Assembly: GCA_002269645.1 (NCBI GenBank)
Contig: NIVC01001296.1
Span: forward strand, 62,001 to 126,000
Direction: 5' to 3'
DNA: 64,000 nucleotides
DNA from: Macrostomum lignano
Taxonomy: Eukaryota
Part shown: positions 48,302 through 61,281 of the stretch, piece after piece
Layout: the number at the start of each line of letters is the position of its first letter
Position numbering within the stretch: the first letter of the stretch is position 1
Notes under the pieces: generated by a model
Seen by the model: the letters and a program-made list of their open reading frames with translations, nothing else
What the model was told of the DNA's origin: nothing
Databases searched by the model: none
Position numbers and translations under genes: made by a program

Positions 48302-50323
48302 TCTCTAACTATAAAAATCAAAACTCTGTGTGTGTGTGTGTCTGTGTGTGGACAATTTTGATCGCTATGGACTCCCAAACCGCTCAACCAAATGACACCA
48401 AATTTTACACCCACCCTAAACTTACTACGGAGAATGTCTTAGGCTACCTTTAAATTTCCTAGACTCAAGTCTTCCTACCTAAAAGTACAAAAAACTGCTC
48501 AAAATGCGCGATTTTTTTACTAAATCCTCCATAGCGCCGCTCCACTTCTACCGATTCTCTTCAAATTTGACACAGGCAATTTTTAACTATTTTGACACAA
48601 TCGTGTAAAATTTCAAATCTCAAAGTTAATCCTGAAAGCCGCTGTGCACTTTTAAAGTTAGGCTGTTTTTTTCAGCGAGGCAGCCACCCCAACCTCCGCC
48701 CGCCTGCCTCTCTTTCCCGATCTGGGCCCAGATGTGTAAAAGGGTTTCAAAATTGACTAACTTTCAGCTGCCATAAGTTTGCTCCACGTAAAACGATTGA
48801 CTTCAAACTTGACACAATTCTTCACAATTGACCCATTCTCTATCTAAATGTAAAGTTTCAACTCTGTAACTCAACCGAAAAAGAAACTGTAAGCATGTGA
48901 AGTTTGTCTGCTTTTTCTGTTGTTTGTGCCACTCACTCACTCCACTCATTCCCCCCAGAGCCAGACGAAGGGTCAGGCGATAGGACTGAATGTACATAGC
49001 AAATGTACAGTGTTTTGGAAAAACTTTATTTATAGCCTTCTCTGCACCCCGAGAGTGGAGAGGCTACGTTTAGCCATAACAGTTTAGTGAGAAATTCTAA
49101 CCACTGCCCTCCCCTCTGTATTGGCAAACTCTGCAGCAGTTTAACAGTGGATGGCAATTGGCAAATCGAGGGAATCCAGCATGGTTTGTAAAAGCGAAAG
49201 ATTTATGAAAAGGCAATGCAGTGCAATACAACCCTACTAAATTAGGCACACCATGGAAATTTTAGGTTTCTTTTAAAGGTAGTGTGTAAATTTTAAATGG
49301 CCTCCTAAGAAATGCGTATTTCCTTGGTTGTTAGACTGATCCAGAGTCCAGACTGCAGTGGAGCTGAAGTTTACACAAATTCCTTTCAGGGCTGCAAATT
49401 GGCAAGAAAGATGACGTGATCAAAGCATGAGAACAACGATGAGAGTAGTACGTCCCACAAACTGGCTTTCGAAGCAGGGATCGGCAGACTTTTACTTCAA
49501 AAGCCAGATAAAGAATCCAGCTCATGTGCGGGCCAGATGAGAGTGGAAAGGAGAAGGAATAGACTCTTAGAAGAGAGGAGAGGCGAGAGGGGGATTAGAG
49601 AAAACATGGAAGATAAGAGGAGAGACAAGTGGTGAGGAGAGAGCAGAAAAGAAGGGAGGAAGAAGCGAGAGGAGGGGAGAAAGGAGGGAGAGGAAAGAGT
49701 AAAGATGAGAAGAGGGGAGAGATGAGACAGAGGATCAATGAGAGGAGAGTAAAGAAGAGTGAGAAGAGAGTAGAGATGAGAGAGCAGAAAGAAGATGACA
49801 GAGGGTCAAGAGGAGAGGAGAGAGTAGAAAGGATAGAGAAGAGAGGAGATAAGAGGGGGAGAGAGGAGTGAGAAGAGAAGAGATAGAGATAAGAGAGGGG
49901 TGTAAGAAGAGGGGAGAAAGGAGAGATGAGATTGTAGAGATGAGACAAATGAAAGGAGAGATGAGAGAGTAAAGATGAGAGATGAAAAAGGTGAGAGGAG
50001 AGTGCAGAGAGACGAGAGAAGATAATAGAGGAGAGAGAGTATAGAAGAGGGAAGAGAAAAGAAGAGAGGAGTAAGGAAAGAGAGGAGTCAGAAGAGGTGA
50101 AAGAGAAGAGTACAGAGGAGATAAGTGAGAGAACGTATTAGAGAGTAAAGATGACAGATGAGAGAGCAGAGATGAGGGTGAACAGACGAGAGATGGGAGA
50201 GTAGAGAGAACAGAGGAGAGATTACATAGACTAGAGGAGAGAGGAGAGACAGGGAGAGAGAAGAGGAAATAGGAGAATGAAGAGGGGAGAGAGTAAAGAG
50301 GAGAAGAGAGATGGGAGAGGAGA

Positions 50324-50390
<67 letters not shown>

Positions 50391-51228
50391 GAAAGAGAGA
50401 CAGAGAGAGAGAGAGCGCGCAGAGCAGAGAGAAACGAGAAGAGATAAGAGAGAAAAGATAAAAGAAGAGAAAGGAGAGATAAAAACGCAGACAAGAGAGA
50501 AGAGAGGTGAGGGAAGAGACGAGTGACGAGGGGAGAGAGAAGAGATAAAACAAGAAAAGAGATGAGAGGAAAGAGAGAGAGGAAAGAGGTGAGAGAAGAG
50601 AGGAGAGAGTTAAGAGAAGAGAGAAAAGAATAGAGAGGAGAAGGAAGAGACGAGAGAAGAGGGGGAGAGAGTAGAAGAGAGAAAACGAAAAAGTAGAGAG
50701 GAGAGAGGAGGGAGAAAACGAAAAGTAGAGAGGAGACAGGAGAGAGGAGAGAAGAGAGAAAACGAAAAGTAGAGAGGAGAGAGAGAGGAGAGTAGAGAGA
50801 AGAGACAAGAGATAAGAGAGATGAAAGAGAAGAGAGATGAGGGAAGATATGAGAGAAGAGAGGAGAGAGGAGAGAAGAGAGAGGAGAGACGAGGGACGAG
50901 AGAGAAGAGAGGAAACAGAAGAGACGATAGAAATTTTAAAGGATCCAAGGGACATAGGGAGAGTCAGGGAGAGACCAGAGTTTAGCAATACATGTTTTAG
51001 AGTCAGACAGACATTGCCTGACATTCTGTGAAGTACCCCAGCCAACAATATCAATGTTTGCTTCAAATCCTAATTTTACACGAATGTGTCCATTTTATGT
51101 CTACCTCTTTCCTACTAACTATTAACAAGTTTTTGTTTGTGTATGGCCTTAGATTTCAGAATACATGCAAAAGTAGTTCCGGGGATTGGAATTCCCCGGG
51201 TTCAAAATCCGCGGGTTTCAACAGCTTG
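48302..51228 (+). mobile_element. Helitron-like non-autonomous element, family 2, unit U5
   Basis: Head-to-tail CTTG|TC junctions on both sides; colinear with U4 and U6. Confidence 0.75.
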
Positions 51229-53150
51229 TCTCTACCTATAAAAATCAAAACTCTGTGTGTGTGTGTGGACAATTTTGATCGCTATGGACTCCCAAACCAC
51301 TCAACCAAATTACACCAAACTTTACACCCACCCTAAACTCACTACGGAGAATGTCTTAGGCTACCTTTTAATTTCCTAGACTCAAGTCTTCCTACCTAAA
51401 AGTACAAAAAACTGCTCAAAATGCGCGATTTTTTCACTAAATCCTCCATAGCGCCGCTCCACTTCTACCGATTCTCTTTACCGACTCTACCGACACAGGC
51501 AATTTTCAACTATTTTGACACAATCGTGTAAAATTTTAAATCTCAAAGTTAATCCTGAAAGCCGCTGTGCACTTTTAAAGTTAGGCTGTTTTTTCAGCGT
51601 AGCAACCACCCCAACCTCCGCCCGCCTGCCTCTCTTTCCCGATCTGGGCCCAGATGTGTAAAAGGGTTTCAAAATTGACTAACTTTCAGCTGCCATAAGT
51701 TTGCTCCACGTAAAGCGATTGACTTCAAACTTGACACAATTCTTCATTGACTCATTCTCTATCTAAATGTAAAGTTTCAACTCTGTAACTCAACAGAAAA
51801 AGAAACTGTAAGCATGTGAAGTTTGTCTGCTTTTTCTGTTGTTTGTGCCACTCACTCACTCATTCCCCCAGAGCCAGACGAAGGGTCAGGCAATAGGACT
51901 GAATGTACATAGCGAATGTACAGTGTTTTGGAATAACTTTTTAATAGCCTTCTCTGCACCCCCAGAGTGGAGAAGCTACGTTTAGCCATGACAGTTTAGT
52001 GAGAAATTCTAACCACTGCCCTCCCCTCTGTATTGGCAAACTCTGCAGCAGTTTAACAGTGGATGGCAATTGGCAAATCGAGGGAATCCACTAACCAGCA
52101 TGGTTTGTAAAAGCGAAAGATTTATGAAAAGGCGATGCGATGCAATGAAATACATACAACCCTACTAAATTAGGCACACCATGGAAATTTTAGGTTTCGT
52201 TTAAAGGTACCGTGTAAATTTTAAATGGCCTTCTAAGAAATGCGTATTTCCTTGGTTGTTAGACTGATGCAGACTGCAGTGGAGCTGAAGATACACAAAT
52301 TCCTTTCAGGGCTGCAAATTTGCAAGAAAAATGACGTGATCAAAGCATGATAACAACCATGAGAGTACTACGTCTCACAAACTGGCTTTCCAAGCAGGGA
52401 TGGGCAGACTTTTACCTCAAAGGCCAGATAAAGAATCCAGCTCATGGCTGAGGGGCAGATGAGAGTGGAAAGAAGAAGGAATAGACGATTCGAAGAGAAG
52501 AGAAGCGAAAGAGGGGATAAAAGAAAAGATAAAAGATAATAGGAGAGATGAGGGGGTGATGACGATGAGAGAGAGGAAGAGAAGAGGGGAGAGAGGAAAA
52601 GCGAGAGTAGTGAGTAGAGATGAGAGAGCAGAGAGTTGCAGATGAGAGGAGAGAGGAGACAGCAGAGAGGAGAGCAGAGAGGAAACAGGTGAAAGAAGAG
52701 ATGAGAGAGTACAGGGAAGAGAGAAGAGAAAGATACATCTCTACATCTCTAAGGTTGTAGAGATGAGAGGTGGAAGGAGAGATGAGAGATGAGAGATAAC
52801 GGATAGAGGAGAGTGGAGTGAGAGAAGAGAGGGAGACAGAGTATAGAAAAGGGAAGATAAGAGAAAAGAAGAAAGGAGAAAGGAAAGTGAGGAGTCAAAA
52901 GAGGGGAAAGAAAAGAGTACAGAGGAGAGAGGTGAGAGAACATATAAGACAGAGATGCCAGATTAAAGAGGGGGATGAGAGAGCAGAGACGAGAGTGAAC
53001 AGATAAAAGATGGGAGAGTAGAGAGAACAGAGGAGAGGTTACAGAGACGAGAGGAGAGAGGAGAGACAAAAGTAGAGAAGTGAGTGAGGAGAGAGGAGAG
53101 GAAATAGGAGAATGGAGAGGGGAGAGAGTAGAGAGAGGAGGAGAGATAAC

Positions 53151-53197
<47 letters not shown>

Positions 53198-53881
53198 AGC
53201 AGAGAGAAATGAGAAGAGATAAGAGAGAAAAGATAAAAGAAGAGAAAGGAAAGATGAGAGAGCAAAGACGAGAGAGAAAAGAGGTGAGGGAAGAGACGAG
53301 AGAAGAGACGAGAGATGAGAGAATAGAGGAGAGAGTTAAGAGAAGAGAGAAAAAAATAGAAAGGAGAAGGAAGATAAGAGAGAAGAGGGGGTGAGAGGAG
53401 AGAGGAGAGGGGGAGAGAGGAGAGGAGAGAGGAGAGGAGAGAGAAAAGAAGAGACAAGAGATGAGATAAGAGAGATGAAAGAGAAGAGAGATGAGGGAAG
53501 ATACGAGAGAAGAGGGGAGAGAGGAGAGAGGAGAGAGCCTCAGAGAGGAGAGACGAGGGACGAGAAAGATGAGAGGAAACAAAGAGACGATAGAAATTTT
53601 AAAGGATCCAAGGGACGTAGGGAGAGTCAGGGAGAGACCAGAGTTTAGCAATATATGTTTTAGAGTCAGACAGACATTGCCTGACATTCTGCGCAGTACC
53701 CCAGCCAACAATGTCTCAAACCCTAATTTTACACGAATGTGCTCCATTTTATGTCTACCCCTATCCTACTAACTATTAACAAGTTTTTGTTTGTGTATGG
53801 CCTTAGATTTCAGAATACATGCAAAAGTAGTTCCGGGTATTGGAATTCCCGGGTTCAAATTCCGCGGGTTTCAACAGCTTG
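51229..53881 (+). mobile_element. Helitron-like non-autonomous element, family 2, unit U6
   Basis: TC start; ends CAACAGCTTG followed by T at 53882. Confidence 0.75.
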
Positions 53882-54234
53882 TAGGTCTATAAAAATAGAT
53901 TTTTGGATGGATAAAAATAAGTTTTGCATTGACTTCTAACGCCCAGAAAAATGTTTGTCATAATCTTTTAGTGCTTTCTAAGAAGCTCTATTTCGGCTCG
54001 TATCCAAAATTTTGAACTCCCAGCAGCCAATTTTGCTGACTCTGTTGACACCAGGATCTTGGATTGCCACTGGATGTCTTCTGCCATTTGTTTTTAATAC
54101 CTATGGATGACGCTTTCACGGTAAAACATGTGGAACTTCGAGAAAAACGGGTACTTTCAAATGATATTGGTGTCCAAAGAAGCATATCCGGTGTATTGTA
54201 CTGTCCATTTACTTGTACTTGTCCGGTGTACTAT

Positions 54235-56530
54235 ACTATCTGTGGAAACGGTGCTCCTCTACAACGTCGAGACATGGATGACCACAGAGGTCCTGGAGCG
54301 ACAACTGGTCGCGTGCACTCCAGCCTGCTACGTGCTGCTTTTAACATCCACCGTCACGCCGAATGCGTCACCAACCAGGCCTTCTATCAACGGATCAAGC
54401 TGAGCCCTCCCAGCGTGACCCTGCGACAGCGACGCCTGAAGCTGGCGGGTCACGTCATCCGCGCCGAGTCATACTGCCCGGCGCCGCTGCAGGAGGTTCT
54501 GCTGTGGACACACGAGGCAGAGGCAGCTCTGGCAGCTGTCTACCTGCAGCGCCAACAAGCGGCTGTCGATGACGCCATTCAGGCTGTCTCTGCCGCTGGG
54601 CCCGATGCCAGAGGGCGCGTGGCCTGGTCCGCCATCAACGCTCTGACGGGAAGAAAGCGGCGCAATCCGCTGAACCTGGCTGGTGACACGCCGGACGAGC
54701 GTAGGAACGAGCTGCGCGAGTTCTTCGCCGCCATCGTCAACGCGCCGCCACCCCCGCTGCCAGACAGTCTGACGCTGCCGCCGGAGACGCCGCTGCCGGC
54801 AGAGGAGAGTTTCAGCGTAGCCCCAGTCAACGCAGCCGACGTTGTCAAGCTCGCCCAGCAGTCACCGGGCGGGAAAGCGCTGGGTCCGGACGAGGTGCCC
54901 ATCGAGGCGCTGCGCATCCCCTGTGTGGCCGCTGAGGTCGCCAGAGTGATGAACCGCGTGCTCTTCGGTGAGGCGGCGCCCAACGAATGGACCACGGCGC
55001 ACATCGTCGCTGTTCCAAAGAAGCCGGGCACCACTAGGCTTGAAGACCATCGAGGCATCTGCCTTCAGTCCTGTGCAGCGAAGCTGTTCAACCGGATGCT
55101 GCTTTCGCGGTTGCAGCCCGTGCTGGATCCGTACCTGCGCCCAGAGCAGAACGGGTTCCGGCCCCATCGCGGCACAGTGGCGCAGATCCTGGCTCTTCGC
55201 CGAGTCATCGAGGAGGCGCGGATTCGTCAGTCGATCCTGATTTTAATCTTTATTGATTTCAAGAAGGCATTCGACTCGGTTGTCAGAGCCGTGCTTCCAA
55301 TGGTGCTCCGCGCGTACAACGTGCCTGAGCAGCTGATCTCCGCCATCATGGCGATGTACCGTGATACGACAGCTGCTGTGACAACACCGGACGGCCTATC
55401 GGACTCCTTTGAGACATCCTCCGGAGTGCTTCAGGGAGATACGCTGGCGCCGTTCCTGTTCGTCCTGGTGCTTGACTGGGTGCTGCGGACTGCTCTTCCT
55501 ACCGACGACGACGGTTTTCTGCTGCAGCGACGCGTGGGTCGACGTCAACCGGAGAAGCGGCTCAGCGTGCTTGGCTACGCCGACGACCTCGCCCTGCTGT
55601 CCTCGACCGTCGAGGGCGCCCAACGGCAGCTGGACAGGCTGGTTGCCGTTGCGGCGAGTGTCGGCCTGGTGGTCAACACGCAGAAGACCGTTGTGCTCTG
55701 CGTGCCGGACGACATCGAGGCTGCAATATTTTGCCGAGGCGCTGACGGGCAGGCGACCGAACTCCCGCGATGTCAGCAGTTCGTCTACCTGGGCGGTCTG
55801 GTTCCAGACGCTCGCGAGGACCTGCGACGCCGCCGCGGGCTTGCCTGGGCTGCCTTTCGTTCTGTGAGGGCAGTCCTGCAGTCCGAGGCCCTACCAGACC
55901 GCCAGAGGGCGGCGCTGTTCCAGGCGGTAATCGAGACCGTCCTGCTGTACAACGCCGAGACCTGGACGCTGACGGACTCACTCGAACAGCAAGTCGATGC
56001 GGCGCACGCTGGTCTGCTGCGCGCCGCCTTCAACATCGGCGTCGAGCGAGTCACCAACGCGGCACTCTATCGCCGCGCTGGCCTGCCACGTCCAAGTGAT
56101 CTACTGCGCCGTCGGCGACTACAGCTCGCAGGCCATCTCATCCGCGCCGAGTCGTACTGCCCACAGCCGGTGCAGGAGGTGCTGCTGCTCACGCTGCAGG
56201 CACCCTACCGGCGAGGTCAAGCGCGAACTCGGCGTTATGTCGACTGTCTGCTGGCTGACGCCGGCGCCCCGGACACTGCCGGTGGCGCGGCCTTTGTTCG
56301 CGCCCAAGCCATGAAGCGCGCCCTGTGACGCTGACTTTTACCATCATGACAGCGTATTTTGTTGTTGTTGTTGTTGTGGACACAGCGCGGGCCCCTTTCC
56401 GGCGGAGGCATGCAGGCACGGACCCGGAGGTTCGTCGACTGTTTGACAGAAAACGCCAAGTCTCCTAACAAGGCCAACGGTGTTGCTTTTACCTCGCATC
56501 AGAGACTGTTTGACATTGTTCCATCTCCCT
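54235..56530 (+). pseudogene. Older, frameshifted 3' fragment of an RTE-like LINE, split by a younger insertion (pieces about 54235-54512 and 56375-56530)
   Basis: VETVLLYNVETW.../LLRAAFNI...LRQRRLKLAGHVIRAESYCPAPLQEVLLWT resumes after the insert as ...QARTRRFVDCLTENA; paralogous to the C-terminus of the younger copy. Confidence 0.75.
54513..56374 (+). mobile_element. 5'-truncated RTE-clade non-LTR retrotransposon (RT and C-terminal domain, no endonuclease)
   Basis: RT motifs PGGKALGPDEVP, QNGFRPHRGT, FIDFKKAFDSV, GVLQGDTLAPFLF, YADD; stop at 56328; (GTT)n tail; 10-bp TSD TGTGGACACA at 54503-54512 and 56375-56384. Confidence 0.92.
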
Positions 56531-57599
56531 GACCACTTTGTGGTCGGCGGACCTTGGAACTGTTGTATTGTAAAGAAGCAAATATGTAAAAGTTCTGTCG
56601 GATTTCAAAAACTGCTTTGCAATTGAACCTCTACAGCCTGAGCTATGGGGGAAGTAAGGGGGAAGTAGCTAGCAAATCACATTGCTTCGCGAAATTCGAG
56701 CAACCTTTCGAGACTAAAAATAGTATACTTATCGAGTGTTCATGACTTTATGAGTCAGGCTTCAAGCCATGCAGCAGCAACAGATCATTTTTATAGTCGG
56801 ATGCCTAAAAGCAGGGTAGCAGGGTGCTCCTGCCCACACGGGCCCCACAGCCTGGCCGCCTCATCAGAAGTCCCTTGGTGTGAGTACTGCATGGAACCCT
56901 GATGCACAATTTACCACCAAAGACGGATGAGGCAGCCTCAGTTATCCACGAGTGCGGCAAGTGCAAGTGCAGCAGAAGGAGAGCAAACCCAGAATAGAAC
57001 ATTGACATCAGCAGCGGCGTCAACAGTTTCCCATTGAGTTCCTTAACTCTCTGGAACAGGGTCGGCAAACACATCTTCTCTCCTCTTTCCTCTCTCTCCT
57101 CTCTTCTCTCTCCTCTCTCTCCCTCTCCCCCTCTCTCCCCTCTTCTCTTCGTCAAGGCTAATCGTCAATCAACTCTTTTCGAATGTGATTTAGGCAACAA
57201 TAGTGACAGGATCCAGCAAAGAGCAATCTGTATTTATTCTGGGAATTCAAAATTATTCATGGAATCTTTCTTTTCGTTCAAGCAAGTACAGTTCCCACTG
57301 CAGGTTTGCTTTTTCATGACTAACCAAGGAACTTGGACTTGACTTTTTTCCAAGGGATCAACTTGGTCACCTTGCTTCTTATATGGCCAACTTTATGTTG
57401 CATGCAGCATGCTCATGCGTCGAACTGCAGCTGGCCTCTTCATCTTTTGTGCAAGGAGGAGGGGGGAACAATTAAGAATTGGGTCTTGCTGATGTCTTGC
57501 ATACTTGCAAGAGTGTCACATGCAAAAGCACCACATGCTTTGCCAGCTGATGAGGGATGCAGAAATTGCTTATCGCTTCTTCATTTTACTTCACAGCTA

Positions 57600-60011
57600 C
57601 AAATTAATCTTGTCTTACATAAAAAAGATTCTGTTAAATTTCTGTCCGGACGCTGTAAGTTTAATTTGATTTTATTCTATTACGTTAAAAAATATAGTTA
57701 AAAAATACATTAGGTGTTTACCTGTATTCATCCCAACTATTAACAATATTTGTTTGAGTATGGCTTTAGATTTTATAAATGCATGCAAAAATACTTCCGG
57801 AGTTTCGAATTCGACGGTGGGTTCAAAATCCGTGGGTTTCAATTTTCAACGGTACCCAGTAAAATGCGGAATCCGCAACGGAATCGGAATGGAATAGTAC
57901 AGTAAAACGCGGAATCCGCAGCGGAATGGTAAACTGCGGAACGAAGTGCGGATTCCGCATATTAAAGTAAAACGCGGAATGCGAAAATGAAAAAAGTAAA
58001 ATGTGGAATGAAAACTAACTGAATTATACTTTTATTCATCAACATCAACATGTACTAAAGACTACAAATAGCTATCTAGCTACATGTATATATAGCTTAA
58101 TTTATTTAGAAGCTGATTTTTTGTAGTGTCAAATAAAGTTTCTATCATCGGAATGTATATTAACAACATATTGTGCAGTTTTTGGAAATAAGTATATGCT
58201 AAAAATACAAAAATAAATTTCTTTGCAAGAAATGTTTAAATATTCCATTTGCCTATCTTGCAAATGCATTCGGAAGTGTTACCATGATGCTCACTTGCGC
58301 TAGGCTTCCGCACCAGTTTATCACAATATATCATGATATTAAAAAGTGCTTATGCATGGACCTGGCCTGATTTCCAAGTGCCAAAATGTGCTACAAGGGA
58401 ACCTAACGTACAAGCAAAACCCTTTCCTGGACATCCTTTTTGATGTGACCAACTATTAACAGCTAATTTTCTAAATGTACTGTTTGATTGAATCTATGCA
58501 TTAACTTTTCTGTGGACAAAGCCCACGAGATTAAGTTCCGAAGAGGGTTTACAGGCGACAACAACCCGCTTTACGGGTGTGCGGGTAGAGCCTCTATGTG
58601 ACTATGACCCGAAACAACAGCCCAGCAGTTGATTTGTGTCCTTAGAAGTAAGCACTATTTGCAGGCATAGATTAATAAAGTTAACAAAAAGGTTGCGATA
58701 AAAACAATGCCCATTTTTGTAATAGTTACTCCGGAACCCGATGTGCAACTATAAATATAAACGTATGCCCAGATTGATAATTTCCATACTATGACTTGAC
58801 TTTGCGATTCAAACACTGCATAAACATTACAATTCGGGAGTCGAATTTCTTGGGTTTGTCCTCCAGTGGAGGAGTTCCACTCGTTATACCTAACTTTCTA
58901 TTGCCTAGAGAAGTTACTATATATGATTTATCTGATTCATACCCCCAAGCAGTGGTTAATTCGATAGAATAGAATGAAGGGATTGTTATGCAAGTGAGAA
59001 ATCAAATAATTTTATACATTTTCTTATATTTACTAGCAAAATAGAGCCCCAATAATAAATAATCAAGCACTTATTTGTTAGCGATTCGCTGTCCCGTCGC
59101 TGGCGAAAAGTTGCTGGCGAAACTTCGCTAATGTTCCGCTGACGATTCGCCAATGCGACCGAGGTGGAAAAACTATGTTTTATGCTGCAGGAAGAAAAGT
59201 TCCAGACAAACACAGCTTTTTGAAACGTTCTATATGGGAAATGAAGAAAAAAATGTCGCCACTACTTCGCTGTCTCGCTGACAATTCGCTTGCGATTCGC
59301 CGGCGATTTTCCCAGAGGGTACTGACTTTCCATACTGATCTGACTGATCTGACTTTCCATGCTTCCTTGTACTATTTATTGCCTTTCTTGACACTAAAAA
59401 CGTAAAAGCGTCTTGCAAATCGTAATTTTAGCTTCGCTAAAATCAATCTTGTCCTAAAGTTTCGGATTTAATTTTTTTTTAGAAATGCACATTTAATGCT
59501 ATGATTTTTTTTGACAGCAATAGGATGTAGGATGACTTCTCGCCACATGTCAGCGGGCACTTTTGAAATACATTAAATATAAAAATTGTACGTAGTATGC
59601 ACTTTCGCTTCCAGAGTATGAATTTACCTTAAATAAGTTGCCAAAGCTCTATCTTCATTCCGAAAATTACTGTATCTTAACCATTCTGCTGAGGATTTTG
59701 CTAAGGGAAGATCAACAGATTTGATTTGAGTGTCATAGTGACAATGAAAAAAAATTTGTTCAGCAAAAATGTACATAAATTTCAGATGTTTTTTTAAATA
59801 TAAGGTGATGAATAAAAGTATAATTCAGTTAGTTTTCATTCCGCATTTTACTTTTTTCATTTTTGCATTCCGCGTTTTACTTTAATATGCGGAATCCGCA
59901 CTTCGTTCCGCAGTTTACCATTCCGCTGCGGATTCCGCGTTTTACCGTACTATTCCATTCCGATTCCGTTGCGGATTCCGCATTTTACCGGGTACCATTT
60001 TCAACAGCTTG
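57600..60011 (+). mobile_element. 3' part of another family-2 Helitron-like copy, interrupted by a TIR element
   Basis: 57730-57850 matches the U5/U6 3' region (ACTATTAACAA...GCATGCAAAA...GGTTCAAAATCCG[T]GGGTTTC); the terminus resumes at 59997 as ATTTTCAACAGCTTG|T. The 5' limit is approximate. Confidence 0.65.
57851..59996. mobile_element. Non-autonomous Mutator (MULE)-like element with ~191-bp TIRs and 9-bp TSD
   Basis: TIRs 57851-58041 and 59806-59996 (GGTACCCAGTAAAATGCGGAATCCGC...); TSD ATTTTCAAC at 57842-57850 and 59997-60005; no transposase ORF seen. Confidence 0.85.
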
Positions 60012-61281
60012 TTGTTCTACATGCATGCATTATACAGTACGTTTTGTATTTTAAGCTATGTGATCTGCTTATTTGAGTGGCAGTAGGGTAGGACTGCTGG
60101 CTAAATATTAATAAGCTTTTTTGTCCAGTAGTGTTACAGGACTATTGGATAAATTATAAATAGTAGGCCTAGTAGTAGGCCCAAGCTTATTAAAAATAGC
60201 CTATTTTAAGGTAAAGCTACAGATAGGCCTATTATGTTTAGCATTGCGTGCATACAATTTACAAAAATAATTAGCAATAGGCCAATAAGCATAGGCCTAG
60301 CTAAGTACTTGTACACTATTTAAGTAGGCCGTAGGCGTAGGCCTACTAAAATCTTAAGGGCTCTATCTTAAAAAATTCAACATCAACATTGAATTAGGCT
60401 ATATTTTTGACCTATTCAAATTCAAATATTTTTCAGTGTTCTAAATTTTATAAACATAGGCCTATACAATGTATAAACATTGTTGCTTTAATTAGGCTTA
60501 CAGATATAGTGCTAGGCTAGGTCTATTATTTAGTATATAGCTTAGCCTTAATCCTAATTCTACTTCTAATTCTTTGATCTACCTTTGAGTTTGGTTTGGC
60601 TTATTATCAACTTCTAATTGACCATTATATATGCCTAACACCTGGCCTATTTGGCTAAGTAGTGAGGGGCTTAGCCAAGATAAATTGCAAAAATACTGAC
60701 TAGAAAAATATAGGCATAGATAGTTACTAATTAGGGGGCCTAGATAAGAAGGCATTTAGCCTTAATAATATAGTTATAATTACTTTTGCCACTTATCCAA
60801 AATTATATTAAGTCATATAGCTGGATAAAATTTTGAAGTTGGGCATATATGTTTACTTTGTCCTTTAGTATCTTACCAACCCTCTTCTCTATAAACCATA
60901 GTAGCAATCTCTTTATAAGTATTGTAGGCCTATCTTAGCAATTTCACTATGACCTATGAGTCTTAATATATTATTGTACCTATAATCTAAGCCTTAGTGT
61001 CTTAGTAATATTCCAATAAGCCCTAAAATTTCTTTTAATAGTCAGTATTTTAGTAGGGCCTAATTCTTTCTAATGAGCCTTGATATCTTAGTAATTCTTC
61101 CCAAGAGACATAGCATTATAGCAATTTCTCCAAGCCTTGATATATTCCTACTCCTGAATCTTATATATATGCCAGAAAATATCTGCATACAATGAGTAGA
61201 CCTGAAAAAATGCTTGGCATAAAGTATCTAATATATAGAACAATCTGCAGAAAAATTGTGCCACAGAGCAAAAAAAATGTC

